Program-made: the position numbers and the translations under genes
The notes under the pieces: generated by a model
Database searches by the model: none
Told to the model about the DNA's origin: nothing
Seen by the model: the letters and a program-made list of their open reading frames with translations, nothing else
Assembly (NCBI GenBank): GCA_016748015.1
Contig: JAAOMT010000690.1
Location: 124,001-188,000 of the forward strand
Direction of reading: 5' to 3'
Length of the DNA stretch: 64,000 nucleotides
Origin: Geosiphon pyriformis uo1
Taxonomy: Eukaryota; Fungi; Glomeromycota
In this document: positions 25,175 to 40,343 of the stretch, in pieces
How the letters are laid out: each line of letters opens with the position of its first letter
How positions within the stretch are numbered: the first letter of the stretch is position 1

Positions 25175-25777
25175 GGTATCCAACAGATATTTCCTCATTT
25201 TAAATTCCCAGGCTTATGAATTCAACAATAAGTGTGACCAAAAAAGCAAGTAGATCTTTAAATTGTACTCTTTTGGATTAAAATGAATAAAATTTTCCGT
25301 AACACATCAATAGTAGACATTGTTAAATAAGACTACTTTCAGGAGAGGATCAAGGCTCCATCAATATGAAAGTCATGGCAAAAAGCGCTACAGGGTTGTT
25401 AGCGGGTCACCCAGATATAAACTACATCACTTGCATTCGATACTTAAAACTGAATACTATAATTAAATTATACAATATTTATTTTTGTTTCAGATCTGAA
25501 AAAAATTTTAAACCAAATTTATTTTAATTTCTTATAATTTTTTATTTAAATTATTAAAAGTATTAATTGTTTAAATTAAAAATAATCAAAAATTGAACTT
25601 TTTACAAATTATGACTTTTTTAATTAAAACAAATAATTTGGATTAATTGTAACTTTTCAGAAAATGGCTTTAATAAAAAAAATATCTTTAATAATAATAT
25701 TAAAAATATTTGAATATTTAATAACATTTATAAATTATAAATTATTTATTATTTTATGTATATATGTAAATATATTA

Positions 25778-25780
<3 letters not shown>

Positions 25781-25840
<60 letters not shown>
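25781..25840. repeat. (TTA)n microsatellite, about 20 units
   Basis: Uninterrupted TTA run read directly. Confidence 0.9.
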
Positions 25841-25841
<1 letters not shown>

Positions 25842-27929
25842 GCTTTAACAAAGTGTAATTTAATTATTAATTATAACATAAAATATAAATATCTTATAAA
25901 TAATTATAATTTATATGTTTTTTTATACATTAATTATTTAAGTTAGTTTAGATTAAATTAAATTGAATTTATAAAAAAAACCCATCTTAAAGAAATTTTT
26001 TATACATAAAAACAACCAAAGTACAACTGTTTTTAATAAATTTATTTATTTATTTAAGAGTATTATTTGTATTCAACTTAATTTTAAAATAAAAGTTTCT
26101 AAAAAGCTATTATTTAAGTAAATATTTTATATTTTGCTTTAAGTTTATCTTTTTTTTTATACAATCTACTTAAATTTTCTTTAAAAACAACAATTTTTTG
26201 AATTATAAAACATTTTTTATTTAACTTAACATATAAAACAAAAAAATTAAAATGCCAATAAACTTAAATATAAACTAAATTAATAAAATCAACTTAATAG
26301 TTTAAATTTTAAAAAAGTTAATTTAGAACCAACCAAAAAATTAACAACAATAGTAGCAACAATAAAAGTAACCAAAAAAAACAACAAAAAAACCAATAAA
26401 ATAAAAGTCTTAATATAAAACTTAATATTAATAAAGCAAAATTCAAAAACTTTAAGACTACTTATAAACTTAAACAAAAACTTAAAAAAATAAAATAAAA
26501 ATACTTTGCAATTTAAAATTAAATAATCTAAATTTTAATATTTAAAACAATACCAATAACCAAAAATTTTTAATCAAATATAATATTTTTTTAAATACTA
26601 ATTTTTACAATTGTAATATTTAAGTTTTTTTAAAAACCAAAAGTTATAATTGCATATTTTAGTTGTTAAAAAAAGTTAAAAAAATAGAGAATAAAATATA
26701 TAATTACAAATTTAAGAACCAATTTATTAATTTAAAAACAATATAATCAAAAAAAATTTGAACTTAAATATATTATAATAGCAATATTAGTTTTAATTAA
26801 TAAAAAAAAATTTTAATATTATTTTTAATTATTAAAACTAATTAATAAATAAAAACAGTTATAATTGTATTAAAAAACTTAAAATATATTACTAAATATT
26901 AGTAAATTTTAACATAATTAAAAAAACATTGAAAATATTTTTATATAAATAATAAAAATATTTTTAAGTATATTTTACAAAATAACAACAGCAAAAAAAG
27001 ATATAAATTTAAAAATTACTATTATTAAAGATTTTAATTATTATTTAATAATTTTATTTATGTTATTTTGTTATTAATTTTATTGCTAATAGCAGTTAGT
27101 AAACTTTTAATAAATTAATTTGTTTTTTTTTATACTTTAAATCATTATTGTTATTGAATTTATAATAAAATAACCAATTCTATACTAATTATTTATGTAA
27201 TTATTTTCCAATAAAAATAAATTTTTTTACAAAAAGTTTCGATTATAGACTATTCAATAATATAAAAAAAACTTTAAATAAAAAGAATTATAAAAAAATT
27301 GTTTTTAGTTTAGATTTAGAATTAATTAAGTAATTATTAAAATTAGTAATTAATTAATTTCAGAATATTTTGTTAAAATTTATGAATTATAAGCAATAAT
27401 AATTATAAAAAAAGTTTTGTTTTCAAAAATAGATTTTATTTAATTAATTTGTCATAAATAATTACTTGTTTTTAGAAAGATAATTCTAATAAAAATATTA
27501 ATTAATAATAAATACATTTTTTCAAAGAAAAAACTTTTTTTTTATATAATTTATTATAATATTATTTTATAATTTAACATTTTTTTTGCTAATATATATT
27601 AACAAATAAAAATTTATTTTAATAAACTACAAATTATTTTTATAAATTATTAATTATTTTAGTAAATTGTTAAATATTTAACAAACTTCTAAATATTTTA
27701 GCAAACTTTTAAATATTATATAATTTAAAATTTTACATAATCTTATTATTATATTTAATTATATTTATGTATTTATATAAGTTAAAATAATTTTTAAAAA
27801 TTATAAAAATATCTTTTTCTTATTATCTTTTGGCCATAATAAAAGTAAAAAATTATCAAAGAAATAACTTTTCTTTTTTCTTTTTTCTCTTTGTTTTTCT
27901 TAATTATTTTTTCCAACTTATTTCTTTTT

Positions 27930-30900
27930 GTTGTAATAAAACTGGTAAGCTCTTTTGCTGATGGCTTTGATTTGAATTTGGCTGGTTTGAAAACATGCTT
28001 AAGCACCAAAAAAAAATGAATAAAGAATATATATTCTTGCAGTATATCTTACAAAAAATTAAAGAAGCTTAATATAGATATTGGTATAATTAACTTTTTT
28101 ATTGGCTCTTTAAGTCTTGAAAATATTGGTGTTTCTAATAGAAAGTCTATGATGTTTTGGGATAGCAAAGTTGGTAGTAAAACCAGTAATATTAATGGTT
28201 TATTAGATATAGAAAATATGAAAAACATGGTTATTAAAGAGACTAGCTATGTAAATTCAGATATTTTGGTAATTAATAAGAATATAAATAATATTATGTT
28301 CTAAAAAATTCATACTTAAACATATGTGTTGAGTTAACCACTAAAAACTCTTTTATTTATGGATTTAAGTAATAACAAAGACATCTTAATACTTCTGTAA
28401 TTTAAGTTTAATAGCTTTATATAACTTTTATTAATTAAGTTACATGTTTTAAAAAACAGAGTTTTAATTTGGCAAAATCTTTTACATTAGATATTAAATT
28501 TTCTGCTATACTTAGGAAATCTTTTGGTAATAAGTTGTTGGTAGTAAAAAAAATTTTTTATTTTGTTGATGGTTTTGAAGAAATATCAACTTTTTTAAGA
28601 ATTTTTGGTATAATTAAATCAGCTTTTATATCTGAGTTTAGTTTGAGAGTTGACAATTAACAAAAATATTTTAGTCAATGATAAAATTAAAATGGCAAAC
28701 AAATATACAAATTGAAAAGTAATAATTAAAGAAATTCCTATTAATTTTCTAAAATTAGCTGTAAAATCAGTTTTTTCCAAATTTAATAAGATTGTGTTTA
28801 TTAAAATACAGCTGATTGGTTTTTAGCAAAAGATTCTAATAAAGTTTGAATCAGCTAAAATTGCTGATTTGGTTGTAACTAAGTAGTTTGTTTTTATAAA
28901 AAAAAATTCTGTTTGTGTTGCAAAGACTATTGATGATAAATAAATATGGATATTTAAGAATTAATATTAAACTTTGCTATATATTTTGTTAGTTGGTACT
29001 ATTGCTCATAATTTTTCTGATTTATTGGTTTCATATAATAAAAAAACTTGTTTTATTGGCTGCAATTCAAATTTATATGTATATAACAAATGTGCTGTAA
29101 TTTGGTTTGTTAATGAAACATTCAAAAAAGCTGTTATTAATTTTATTTTAATTTTTAAGAGAGTAAATTTGTGTTGGATTGGTTTTTTTTGGTCTGTTGT
29201 GCTTGGTACAAACAATTTGGTCATGTTTTTAATATATGTTTAATAAGTGAAAATTTGGATAATTATAATAAAAGAGTGATTAATTTTTAGGATCAAATTT
29301 ATTTGGCAAATATATATAAAAAAAACAGGTGCTAATTGTTTATTCAGTTTTTTTTGATAAGAAAACTTGAGTTCAAATTACTGGTAGTTTTTTTTTTCAT
29401 GTAATTTTTCTGGTCTCTCTTGGTATTAGTTTGTTTTTAAATGTTAAATCTTTTCTATTAATGTCTATTAAAATGAATAATAGATTTATTATTCTTAAAT
29501 ACAATCTTATTAGTCTTATAAAGCAAGTCAAAAAGCTGACTAAGAAGTTGGATACACTTGAACCAATGGTTTTCTAGTCTAGTCTTAGATATCAGCCATT
29601 GGTGGCTTCTTTATCACAGAATTAAAAGATAGATATAGTAATAAGTAAGAATTTAAGTACAGTTACTAATAGTAAAACTATTGTAAAAGTGGTATTTTTG
29701 AATCTGTTAATGGTTTTTAAGTTAAAAAACAGTTTGCAAAGTCTTTTAGATATGATTTTGGACTTTATAATCAAGATAGATAATATTAGTTTTAGTTTAG
29801 ACATCTCTTTTTTTTAATGACTAATTTTGTGTAAAAGATTGCTATATACAATATTAAAAGTATTAATGTTTTTGCTAAGCAAACAAATATTGTTTAATAA
29901 CATATTAATTTGAATAATATAATTTCTATTATTATAGAAATTAAATTAAGGTCTAATATTAAGCCATAGATAATAAATAAGTTTAAAAAAATACGAATTT
30001 TCATATTTGGTTTGAATAAAGATTTTCTTAGCACTAAAGTAACTATAATTATAAACAATTTCTTGACTTAACATGTCTCAAAAGTTGATAAAATTTCAAA
30101 CAGAATTATTTCAATTCATTTTTTGTTTAAAAATAAACTCTCAGTAACAATTTTGGAGTTGTATATTAGTGTTTTTACTAAGACTAAATTTAAATAAACA
30201 TTAAAAATCAATTTTTTTATTATTAAGACAGTTAATTCCAGTATTTTTGTGATTTTAAATGGAAATTTTAATAAGAATAGATCAAAAAAAAGTGTAAGTT
30301 TCAAGTTTTGTTTAAATTTGAATTTGGTTAATACATTCAATAAATATTTATTAACCTAAGTTTCTACTTGAAACAATTCTAAAAGTGTTGAAAAAGTGTT
30401 GAATTTTATATTTGTAAATAAGAATCTGGTATCTGCAGTTACAAGCCATAAGATTAATATTGTATCAAAAATTTTTGATATAAATCACAAGGCAGTTTCA
30501 GTTTTAATTGGTTTAGATGGTCTTCTGAATATTTATTTTAATAGTATTTATAAGCAAGTTAATAAAAATTAATAGAAATTTAAGATAAAAGATATAAATA
30601 AAACCAAATAAGTGCAATTTAAAAAGTGCTTTTTTAATAAGTTACTAATAGTATCAAATATGTTCAAGGAGGTAGAAAATCATAATAATTTAGATATAAT
30701 ATGAAAAATATTAAGAGAAGTTATAGTACAGTCTGTTAATATGATGTTTTTTAAACATTAGTATAGTGAATATGATTGCTTAAAAAAACAAACAATTGTT
30801 AAAATCTTTTAGATTGGAGCTACTTATTATTAAGATTGTAAAAAAATAAAATTTTGGAGATTTGTTGAAAGTTGATTATTTTATCAAAGTTTGGTTAATT

Positions 30901-31585
30901 GTTAATAGTATTGAAATGTCTAAGATTGTTAGTATAATTTAAGATAATATAAAATCAACAGACATTATTAAACATTTGTTAATAATTAAAAAAAATATTG
31001 AAAATCCAAGTATTATAAATCAAAGGCATCTAAAAACATGGCTATTTAAAAAACAATAAAATAACATATAGAAAATTTCTGCTTTGACAAAAGATGAATA
31101 ATAAAAAGTGTTTTAAAATATCTTTTTTACAAAGTTGTTTTGAATTATCTGGTAATTAAAAATAAATTGGCTATAAAGTCTAATAAAGTAAAGCTTAAAG
31201 TTAATAAGATTATAAAAGAGTGGACAAAAAAATAGTCAGTATTTTTGAAGTTGACTGAACTTTAGTTTTACCAATATATGTCTTTAGATTATGTTGATTA
31301 TAATGTCTTTTTTAATATAATAAAAAAAATTAATATAGAAGAGCTAGCTTTAGTGATTAATAGTTTACCAAATGACAAGACTGTTGAGTTGTCAAAAATT
31401 TTAAATGAACTTTGAAAACATTACAGTGATAAGGTGTTGAAATGTCTCTTATGGTTGCTAAATTTGTGTTTAATTTTGAATATGATTCTAGTTTCTTAAA
31501 AGAAAGTATAAGTTTTAATGATCTCCAAACTTTATAAGTAAAATAGCATTTTAACAAATACTTAGCCTATTATACTAATTCAGTC
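27930..31585 (+). mobile_element. Degenerate LINE: ORF1, APE endonuclease, start of RT
   Basis: ORF1-like GTIAHNFSDLLVSYNKKTCFI. APE start IAIYNIKSINVFAKQ...IIEIKL (~29838-29950). RT entry LPNDKTVELSKILNEL*KH (~31365) and LTNT*PIILI (~31550; consensus N.RPI.L). Confidence 0.7.
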
Positions 31586-32479
31586 AGAGAGATTTTCTGA
31601 TTTGTCAATGGAAATTATTTTTTTTATAATAGTAAAAAAAATTAGAGAAGTTTTTGAAAACAATTGTAGAACACTAAACAAAATTTCTGAAATATTACAA
31701 CATTCAATTACTCTTCTTTTTTATAAGCTGCTATTGTTATCAGAAGACAATGACAAAACTATTAAATCTGGCTTGTTGTTTGTGAATATTATGAGAGTTT
31801 TAATAATAGTTAACATATGATACAGTACTGCTGTTCTTGGTGCTTTGGAGACTGGTAATGCTTCAGAGACTAGTAGTGCTTTAAAAGCTGTTGCTGTAGA
31901 TATCAATGAAGTTACTCTGGATCAAAATTTGGCTAACAAGATTACTTTTTCTCCATATTGGAAGAAGGAATTAACAGACCTACAAGTGAGAATAATGGCC
32001 CAATAGAATCTTTCAGAAACAAATTTGTTAATAGAACATTGTTTGAGCAAATCAACTAGAAATGGAGTTCAAATTTATCTTTTCTTAAGAAAAGAAATAT
32101 GATTAGTAATAAAACTCAGAGCATAAGTATTTTTATATATACCCAATAAATACATTTTCACACCAACTTTGACATCTATAATTAAAAAAAGGCTCTATAC
32201 TAGCAATTATATTGACCAATATTTAATATTAGCAAGCAAAAGTTTGACTGATAGTTTTAAAAATGTATTAAAAATCAACTTTTTTGGGACAAATAAATCC
32301 ATGTTGAATGCTTTTCATAATTCAAACATAATCATACAGAATGGAAATTCGGACCTAGACTTAACATATCATGTTTTAAAAATGCCAATTATAAATGATA
32401 ATACACTCAATCTAACATAAACAAAACTGTACACAATACAATATATTTCTAATTTCTTGAAAGATATTTATTAGACTGT

Positions 32480-35230
32480 CACATGATTAACTTGATAAGC
32501 TTTGAAAACATGATCACTTAAAAGAGGTATTAGAAAGTTAATAATAGATAATAGTTGTAATTTTATTAACAGATTTATATTTTTTGATGATCTGCTTTTT
32601 TACTTGTTACTGGAATTGGTTTCCAAGTACCTAACAATGTTTTTTTAATTTATCTTGTTTTAAGAAAGTCTATTTTTTTCATCTATGCAATTTTACTGAA
32701 TTTTTTTATTTTTTCACTTAATATTTATTCATGGCCAATATCATAAAAAACACAATTAGAGATATTTGGATTTACAAACTGTGTCTTTCTTATTTGAACT
32801 CAAAATTGATTTGATTCAGCAATAAAACTAGAATGTGTATAAGACCTGTATATTTTACTTTTAGAATATCCAATAACATTAAAAAAATTAGTATGCAATC
32901 TCTTAAATTTAATACAGTTATATGCTGTAATTTTCTAATGTCATTGTGAAAATATAAAAAAAATCAATGATTTGAGTGTTTTGTTAATTTTTTTAAGTAT
33001 TGCATCATAGCCTTAATGTTGATTTGAAAGTTTAGATTGAGAAATTACAATTTTTTTTTGAATTAGCTTGCAAACTTTAGGCTTCAATTGTAGTCATTGT
33101 TTTTCATCAACAATTTCAATTAATTGGTAAATAGAATGGTGCCAAGCAGACCAAATTGGTACAAACATTTGTCTAGCCACAAGTTTTAATGAAAACTTAT
33201 TAAAACAAACTCCAGTGTAAAAGTTAATAATTGCTTGTAAATAAAAAAAAACTTGTTTATACTTTAATCTAAATGTGGAATCTGTTTCATTTTGGGTTTA
33301 TTTTAAGTAATCTTTAACAAATGGATTTTCCTTAGAAACAACATATAACTATATTAATTTGAAAGCCATTACATGTTTATATATATTACATATTGAATCC
33401 CACAACTTATAATGATCAAGACATTTTTTAAAAAACTGCAATTGACTTTTACTCTAATATCCCTAACATTGTGCAAAATATTTTATATTGATATTCTAAT
33501 TCAGCTTAACAAATGCTTTTAGTATATTCATCCCTTCATAAAAAGTACTTGGAACCAATATAAGTCAAGAAAAGTCTTTTTTGATTGTTTGTGCATAATA
33601 ATAAGATACTTTATCACATATTATTACAACCCATCTGCAGCTACTATCTTTAATGCTAGATAGTTCTTCAATATGCTCAAAAACCTTTCAAATATTGGCA
33701 ATTGAGTTTGAATTTATGGTTATTAGATTAAGAACATATAATTGTGACATATAAATCTCAATTTTTGGATACAATTGTGCATTTTTAAATGTATGAGAAT
33801 AAGAAATAAGTTTTTTGGCAATGTTAGCTGATTTATTCAATTAATTCATCTTGGTAATTGTTGGTAATTTTTTATGGCATGCAGGACAAATTTGCTTCTT
33901 ATTATTAATATTAGATAATTAACAAGCTGGGCATTTTTTTAAAGAACCAATTTGGTTTTAATATTGTATTAATTCATTAATTATATTTGTTTTTTAACTT
34001 TTTTCTACACAAAGCTCTTCTAAAATAATAATAAGATAATTAGTAAGTTTTTTATAAATTTCATTTATCATACCTAAAGTTAATGAAAATAATTTCTCAT
34101 ATTCTTTTTTGGGAAGTTCAAAATACAACCAAAGATCTATATTTTGAATATTATTAATTTAATTATAATTAAAAGCAACAAAACTCATAATGATATTAAA
34201 TATGACTGTATTATATCTGTAATCTAAGTAATTTTTTTGATCTTTTTGTTCATTGTTAAAGACTAAAAATAAATTTTTTTTGGAAAGCTTTGACTGTTTT
34301 ATAGTCAAACTTTCTAACCAGTTAGTAAGCTTTTTATAATAATCAGAACTTATAATATGATTATCAATATTAATGACTATTTTCGATCTTGCTACTGAAT
34401 ATTTAATTGCTGAAATGGCTAAATTAATAGCAGAAACATATTTTAAATACCTTGATCTATATATAACATCAATTGCTACAGCATACTTAAAAAGCTTTTC
34501 CCTTTTATTTTAATATTTATCTTTATTATGAGTAAAAGTTTCAATAAATCTTATAATAATTGGATTTTGTTTTGTAAATCATGTTAAAGAACAATACTTT
34601 AAAAGACTATTTAGACTAAAATGTTCATAATTTTTATTCAAACTTATTATATCATTATACAAATTACCTTGTTCTCTTTTGGCAATTTTTTTTATGGATT
34701 TAATATGATCTTGTTGATTATTAAATACTTTATCTAATTTCTTTTTTAATATTGCATTCTCAGATAATAATTGTTGATTGATATTTTTTAGCTCTTGTAT
34801 CTATTTTATATAAACTTTATATATTGAATCTGGCAAAAATACTTAGACTTCAAAATCAGAAAAAGTTTTTTCTAATTCTAACAATTTGTTATCATTAAAA
34901 AGTCTTGGTCTTTTTCTTTCTGTTTTTTCTAAATCTAAAAAAGTTGAATCATTTAATTTAGTAATTTGTTTAATAAAAGATTTTTTAACAACAATCTGAT
35001 TATAATATCTTTTACATAAAGAGTAATTGTTTAGAAAGTCAAGTAATATAGTTAATCTAAAAAAATACTTAGTTATTTCCATTATTCTTTTTGCTACAAC
35101 ACTAACTAATGCATGTTGCCATTTTTGATTTTTTTTGGTCTTATATTTTACTAATTGATTTTCATCATATTCATTGGTAAGAGATTCAAACAAACAGAGT
35201 AAGTTTTTGGCATTTATTATAAAGCAAGAT
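32480..35230 (-). pseudogene. Degenerate large transposon-type gene (CxxC pairs plus putative transposase-like core)
   Basis: A long stop-riddled coding trace: KKCPAC...QICPAC (~33870-33940) and WVVIICDKVSY...LILVPSTFYEGMNILK, which reverts to 'CDG.PY...PG..HE.MN'. The family could not be assigned. Confidence 0.4.
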
Positions 35231-36299
35231 ATAATTTTAAATCCAATTTAATAAAAAACTACTATATAAAGTTGTATAAATCTTTATGAATTCTGAAACT
35301 TTGTGTTTATAAAAGTATGTTTCTATTGTTAGTTTCGATTTTTATTTGAAGTATTTGATCAATAAAGTATTATCAAATTCTTTATGCTAATAATGCTGAA
35401 TACCAATTAGATTATAAGAATTTTTTGTGGATTATTTCAGAATTGATCTACGAAATTTAAAATCTCCCTAACTGTATTATATAGCAGTTAGACTTTACTT
35501 ATTAAATGTTTAATAAAAAAAATTTATATAAATCAAATTATTAATTAAGCAGTAATACTTAAGAATTTATTAAATAATTAATAATAAATTAAAATAATAA
35601 AATATATTAATTAATAATAAAAATTATAAAAATAATTTTATGTTAATTAATAACTCAAATTTCTACTAATAACATATTTTTTTCTTAAGATTAAGTTCTA
35701 TTAAATCCAAATATTGTTTGGAATTTTTAGATAATAATTCAAAATTATTAAAATAATTTGATTTAAAAATCATTAAAATTTTAATTTTGTGAGTTTTTTA
35801 ATATATTAAATTTTTAATAGTTGTAATATCAGATTTTGTAAATATTTTTATAAAAAAAATTTAAAATATAATAAAAAAATAATAATTTATTTTTGGTTTG
35901 AAGAATTTTGTGTTTATTTTTGATTATTTTAAAGTTTTTTATAAAAAAGTATAAGAATATAAATTAAAAATATTAAATATTTAAATTTAAAGCTTGTTTA
36001 ATAACAACTATTGGTTTTAAGTTTTGAAAAATATTTTATTTTATTTTTTAGTTTTAATTCTGTATAAAAAAACTTTATTTCCAATTTTAAATTTATTTGT
36101 AATAGGTAATAATTTGTTGTTACGTTATTTTTTTTGTTAAACTTAAAAATATTCAATGTAAATAACTGCTTTTTTTTCAAAGTACTAAGAAAAATATAGA
36201 TCATATTTTTTGAAAAAATTTTTTGTAATCAATTAAATTGGATTAATAATATTGTTGTATTTTTATATATTAAATTAAATAATATATGTTTTATTGTAT

Positions 36300-36800
36300 T
36301 TTGTTTTAATATTTTATATATTAATAATACTAATAGAATAAAGATGGTTTATTTTTATTCAAAATTAATTGAAACTTTCGCTAATAATTTATAAAATGGT
36401 TTATTAAAATGTTTTGTAAATTTATTTATTTAAGAATAATAAAATAAAAATAGAAATTTTTTAATATTAAATTGTTTAATATTTGTATTAAATTGTTTAT
36501 AAAATGTGTTTTTTAATCAAATAATAGTTTCATTAAATATTTATATCTACAAATAATATTTTTGTAGATGAAATTTGTTATTAATTTTGTATTTGTTCTT
36601 TAAATAATTTTTGTTTTAGATTATTTTATAAAAATAATATACAGTAATTACAATATATTGGTTTTTTTAAATTGTAATAAATAGTATTATTAACAGATTT
36701 TTACAGTTTTTAATGCAAAAATTACAATATATATTATAGAAATTATCATTAAAATTATGTAAAAAAAATTTATATTATTATATGTAATTAACAAAATTAG
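36300..36800 (-). pseudogene. Extremely decayed Gypsy integrase core
   Basis: The minus strand reads NFIYKNIICRYKYLMKLLFD*KTHFINN, matching the rve 'F....IICR.G.P..LLSD.G.HF.N' pattern after reverting transitions. Confidence 0.5.
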
Positions 36801-37340
36801 TCGGAAAATAAAAAATAAAAGATTAATAATTAATTTAATAATAATAAAAATATATAGTACAATCTAATTAGTTAATTAAATTAAATATAAAAAAATCTTA
36901 GCAAATTAAGAAACACCAATAAAAATTAAGGATTAATATATATAATTTAATAACAACAAACTTTATTATGTTTCAAAATTTTTACACACTTTTATTTATG
37001 CAATTTAATATTCCAAATTTGTAATTATTATTTGAAAATAGTTACTAAAAAATATAATTAATTAAATTATAATTAATATTAATAATATATAATTACATTT
37101 TTAAATTTAACTATTAAAATCTGATTATTTAAATTATTAGTTCTTAAAAAATAATATACCAAGTAAGCTTACAACTAAATTAAATAATTTAATGTATATA
37201 AATAATTAATATACTTAAAGTAATTTTAATATAGTATATAGATCTTATGTAATTTAGCTATATATAGTTTTTTTATAAGTTAAAAAAACATAATTTTATA
37301 TTAAGTTAATTCTTTTTTATAGTTTTATAATAAACAGTTA

Positions 37341-37375
<35 letters not shown>

Positions 37376-38512
37376 TTTAAGTTCTAAATATTTTTTATTA
37401 ATCTTTAAAGTATATATATAATTATTATTAATCTTTTAAATTTTTTATTACTTTTAAATTTTTAAATATATGTTATTAACATTTTATATTATGTCTTATT
37501 TTACCAAATAAATTATTAGTTTTATTATCTAATCTTGTTTTATTATAATATTAATTAAGTAATAAAAAGTGTTATATTATTAAAGATATAGTTTTAATAA
37601 TAGTATTTAATTAATTAAATATTTTAGTTATGTTTTTTTATATATTTTTTATTTTTTATTTTAAAACTAAGCTTTTAAATACCACATATTTTTAATAATT
37701 AATTGAAAAAATTCTGATTATGCTTTAATTGAATAGTTTTAATTTTTTGTTAATTATATTTTTTGTGTTTTTATAAAATTTGATTATTTTTTCTTATAAA
37801 ATTCATATTAAGTTGGTTTTTGTCTAAAAATAAATAATAATAACAATATTTTTTTTATTTTTATAATTTGTTTATTACTTTTTTATTTTTTTATTTATTA
37901 AAATAATTTATATAATTATGTATATATTAGAATTAATAATAATATATATAGTTATATATATTATTTAAAAAAATATTGTTATTGTTAAAAAAGTTTTTAA
38001 ATTTATGTTTTTTTAGTAACAATAGTAATTCAATTAAATTAATACTAATTTTATTAAAGTTGTTTAACTTTAATTGAATTTAAAAATTTAAAAAGTGAAT
38101 TTTTTTTAATAATTATTACAAAATTCAACATATTATTATATATTTTTTTATATTTAAAACCAAAAATAATGTTTTAATGTTTTTTAAATAATAATAATTT
38201 TTTTAAAGTATACTAATAAAGTTGTTTTTTTTATGTTTTTAAATTAATTTAAGTAAGTTGTTTAGATTTATTTAGTTTTAATAATAGATAATATTCATGT
38301 ATAAGAAGTATTATTTTAATTAATATTGCAAATAATATTTTTTATTTGAAAACAAATTTTCTGATATTGTAAATATCTTTAAATAAATTTTGAAATTATT
38401 GTAATTTTTAAAATTTATTTGTTGTTAATTTAATTGGTTTTTAATTTTATTTTATTTTTAACAAACTGTTTATATTTATGTATAGTTTTTCTGATTTATA
38501 ATATATAATATA

Positions 38513-39276
38513 TGTTATTATTTATATAAAAAACAGAAAATAATAATAGTATAAATAATTAATAGCATAGTAAAAAATTATTAAAATATATAATATTAAA
38601 AATTTTAGCAATAATTTAAAAAAATTGTAAAAATTTTAAAAACTTCATATTACAAAAATTTATGTATATATAATAAAAGTATTAAAAACCATAAAAACAA
38701 ATATTTAAAAAACAAACAAGTTTATTTAAAAACCAGTTTAATTTTCTATTATTACTTTTATTAATTTTAATTATTTTAATAAAAACATATTAATTAATTA
38801 TTTTTAAACCAATTAATTTATAAATTTTATTAAAAATTCAATTTTATTTAAATTAATATCAGTAGTATTAATAATATTAACTTAATAATTCTAGAACAAT
38901 AGTTTTTAATTATAATTATTAATAAAATATTAATTTCTATTTTATTTTTATTTTTTTTCTTTGTTTGTTTTTTTTGTTTTATTAATTAATAAAAAAAATA
39001 CTAAAATTACAATATTAAAAATTGTCTAATAAAAAATGTTAAAAAATAAATTTAAGTGTAATTATAAGAATTAAAATTACTTATTAAAAAGATATAAATA
39101 TTAAAATAAACTAGTTATTATATTAAAAAAATTATATATTAATAATTAACTATAATTACTGTAAATTTTTATTTATTATACAAAAATTGCAACCAAAATT
39201 TTTAGATTTCAGTATTAATTTACTTATATATTATGTTTTAGAATTATTAACTTATCTAAAAAATTTATCTGTAATA
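38513..39276 (+). repeat. LTR copy 3 (heavily decayed)
   Basis: 38891-38936 aligns without gaps to 1583-1628 of copy 1. Termini are TGTTAT and GTAATA. Confidence 0.65.
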
Positions 39277-40343
39277 ATATATAATTAACTAAGAAATTAG
39301 TCTATTAGGATTGTTTTATATTAAGCTTTAAATTTTTTTTGTTGAATTATTTAAGTTTAATATTATTAAATTCTTTGTTTTCTTTAAAATATTAATAAAA
39401 ATATTTAAAAGCTTATATAATTATTACTGCTTTTAATTTAATAGATAAATATTTGGTTTTAGCAAATTTAAGTATTTTATTAGCATAAATTACTACTTTT
39501 TAATTTTTATTATCAATTTTGTTTTAAATATTTCAAAAGTTTTTTGTTGTATTAAAGTTTATTACTATTTTATATTTTTGTTGATTAAATAATTAAAAAA
39601 TTTGGCAATTTTTAATAAATTTTTAATAATAAAGTATTAATTCTACAAATTTTTTTAATTTAATTATTTAAAAATTCTAAAATTTTATACAATATTTATT
39701 TTTTTGATCAGGTTTAATCTTATTTTTGTTAATAATATAATCAAAAAAACTAAAATTGTTTTTTTAAAATAGAATTTTTAATGTTTTAATTTTAATTCTG
39801 TTTTATATAATTATTAAAAAACTTCTTATAAATAAACTAAATAAGCTTTAAAATTAATAAGTATATATTAATATTATTAAGATAAACAATTATTAATTAT
39901 CTTAAAAGATTAATATATATAATATTTATAAATTATAAAAATATTATTAATATATTACATAATTTAAAAAATATTATATTAAATTTGTAATTTTTTTTGA
40001 ATTATAAAAACTGTTTTTGGATGATTTTTAAAATTTAGAATTACTTATTAATATCTACTTTTTAAGTTTTATGTTGAAAAGTATTTTAATTTTTTAAAAA
40101 CATTTAACATATTGTCAATTCATAAAAATAAGTATATATTTTTAATTATTACATTATAAATTAATAATAATCTATAGAAAATCTAATCTTTTTATTTTTT
40201 TCTTAATTAAAACTACTAATAAAATTTATAGGCTTTTTAATAATTGAATAAATCTATTTTTAGATATTTTTTAAACTTTTTTTTTAATGAATTAATAACT
40301 AATAAGTAGTATTTAATATATTTATTAACATTTTAATTTGATA

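Noticed and set aside
25664-25858. Poly-Leu ORF resembling a membrane protein
   Set aside because: It is produced by the (TTA)n microsatellite.
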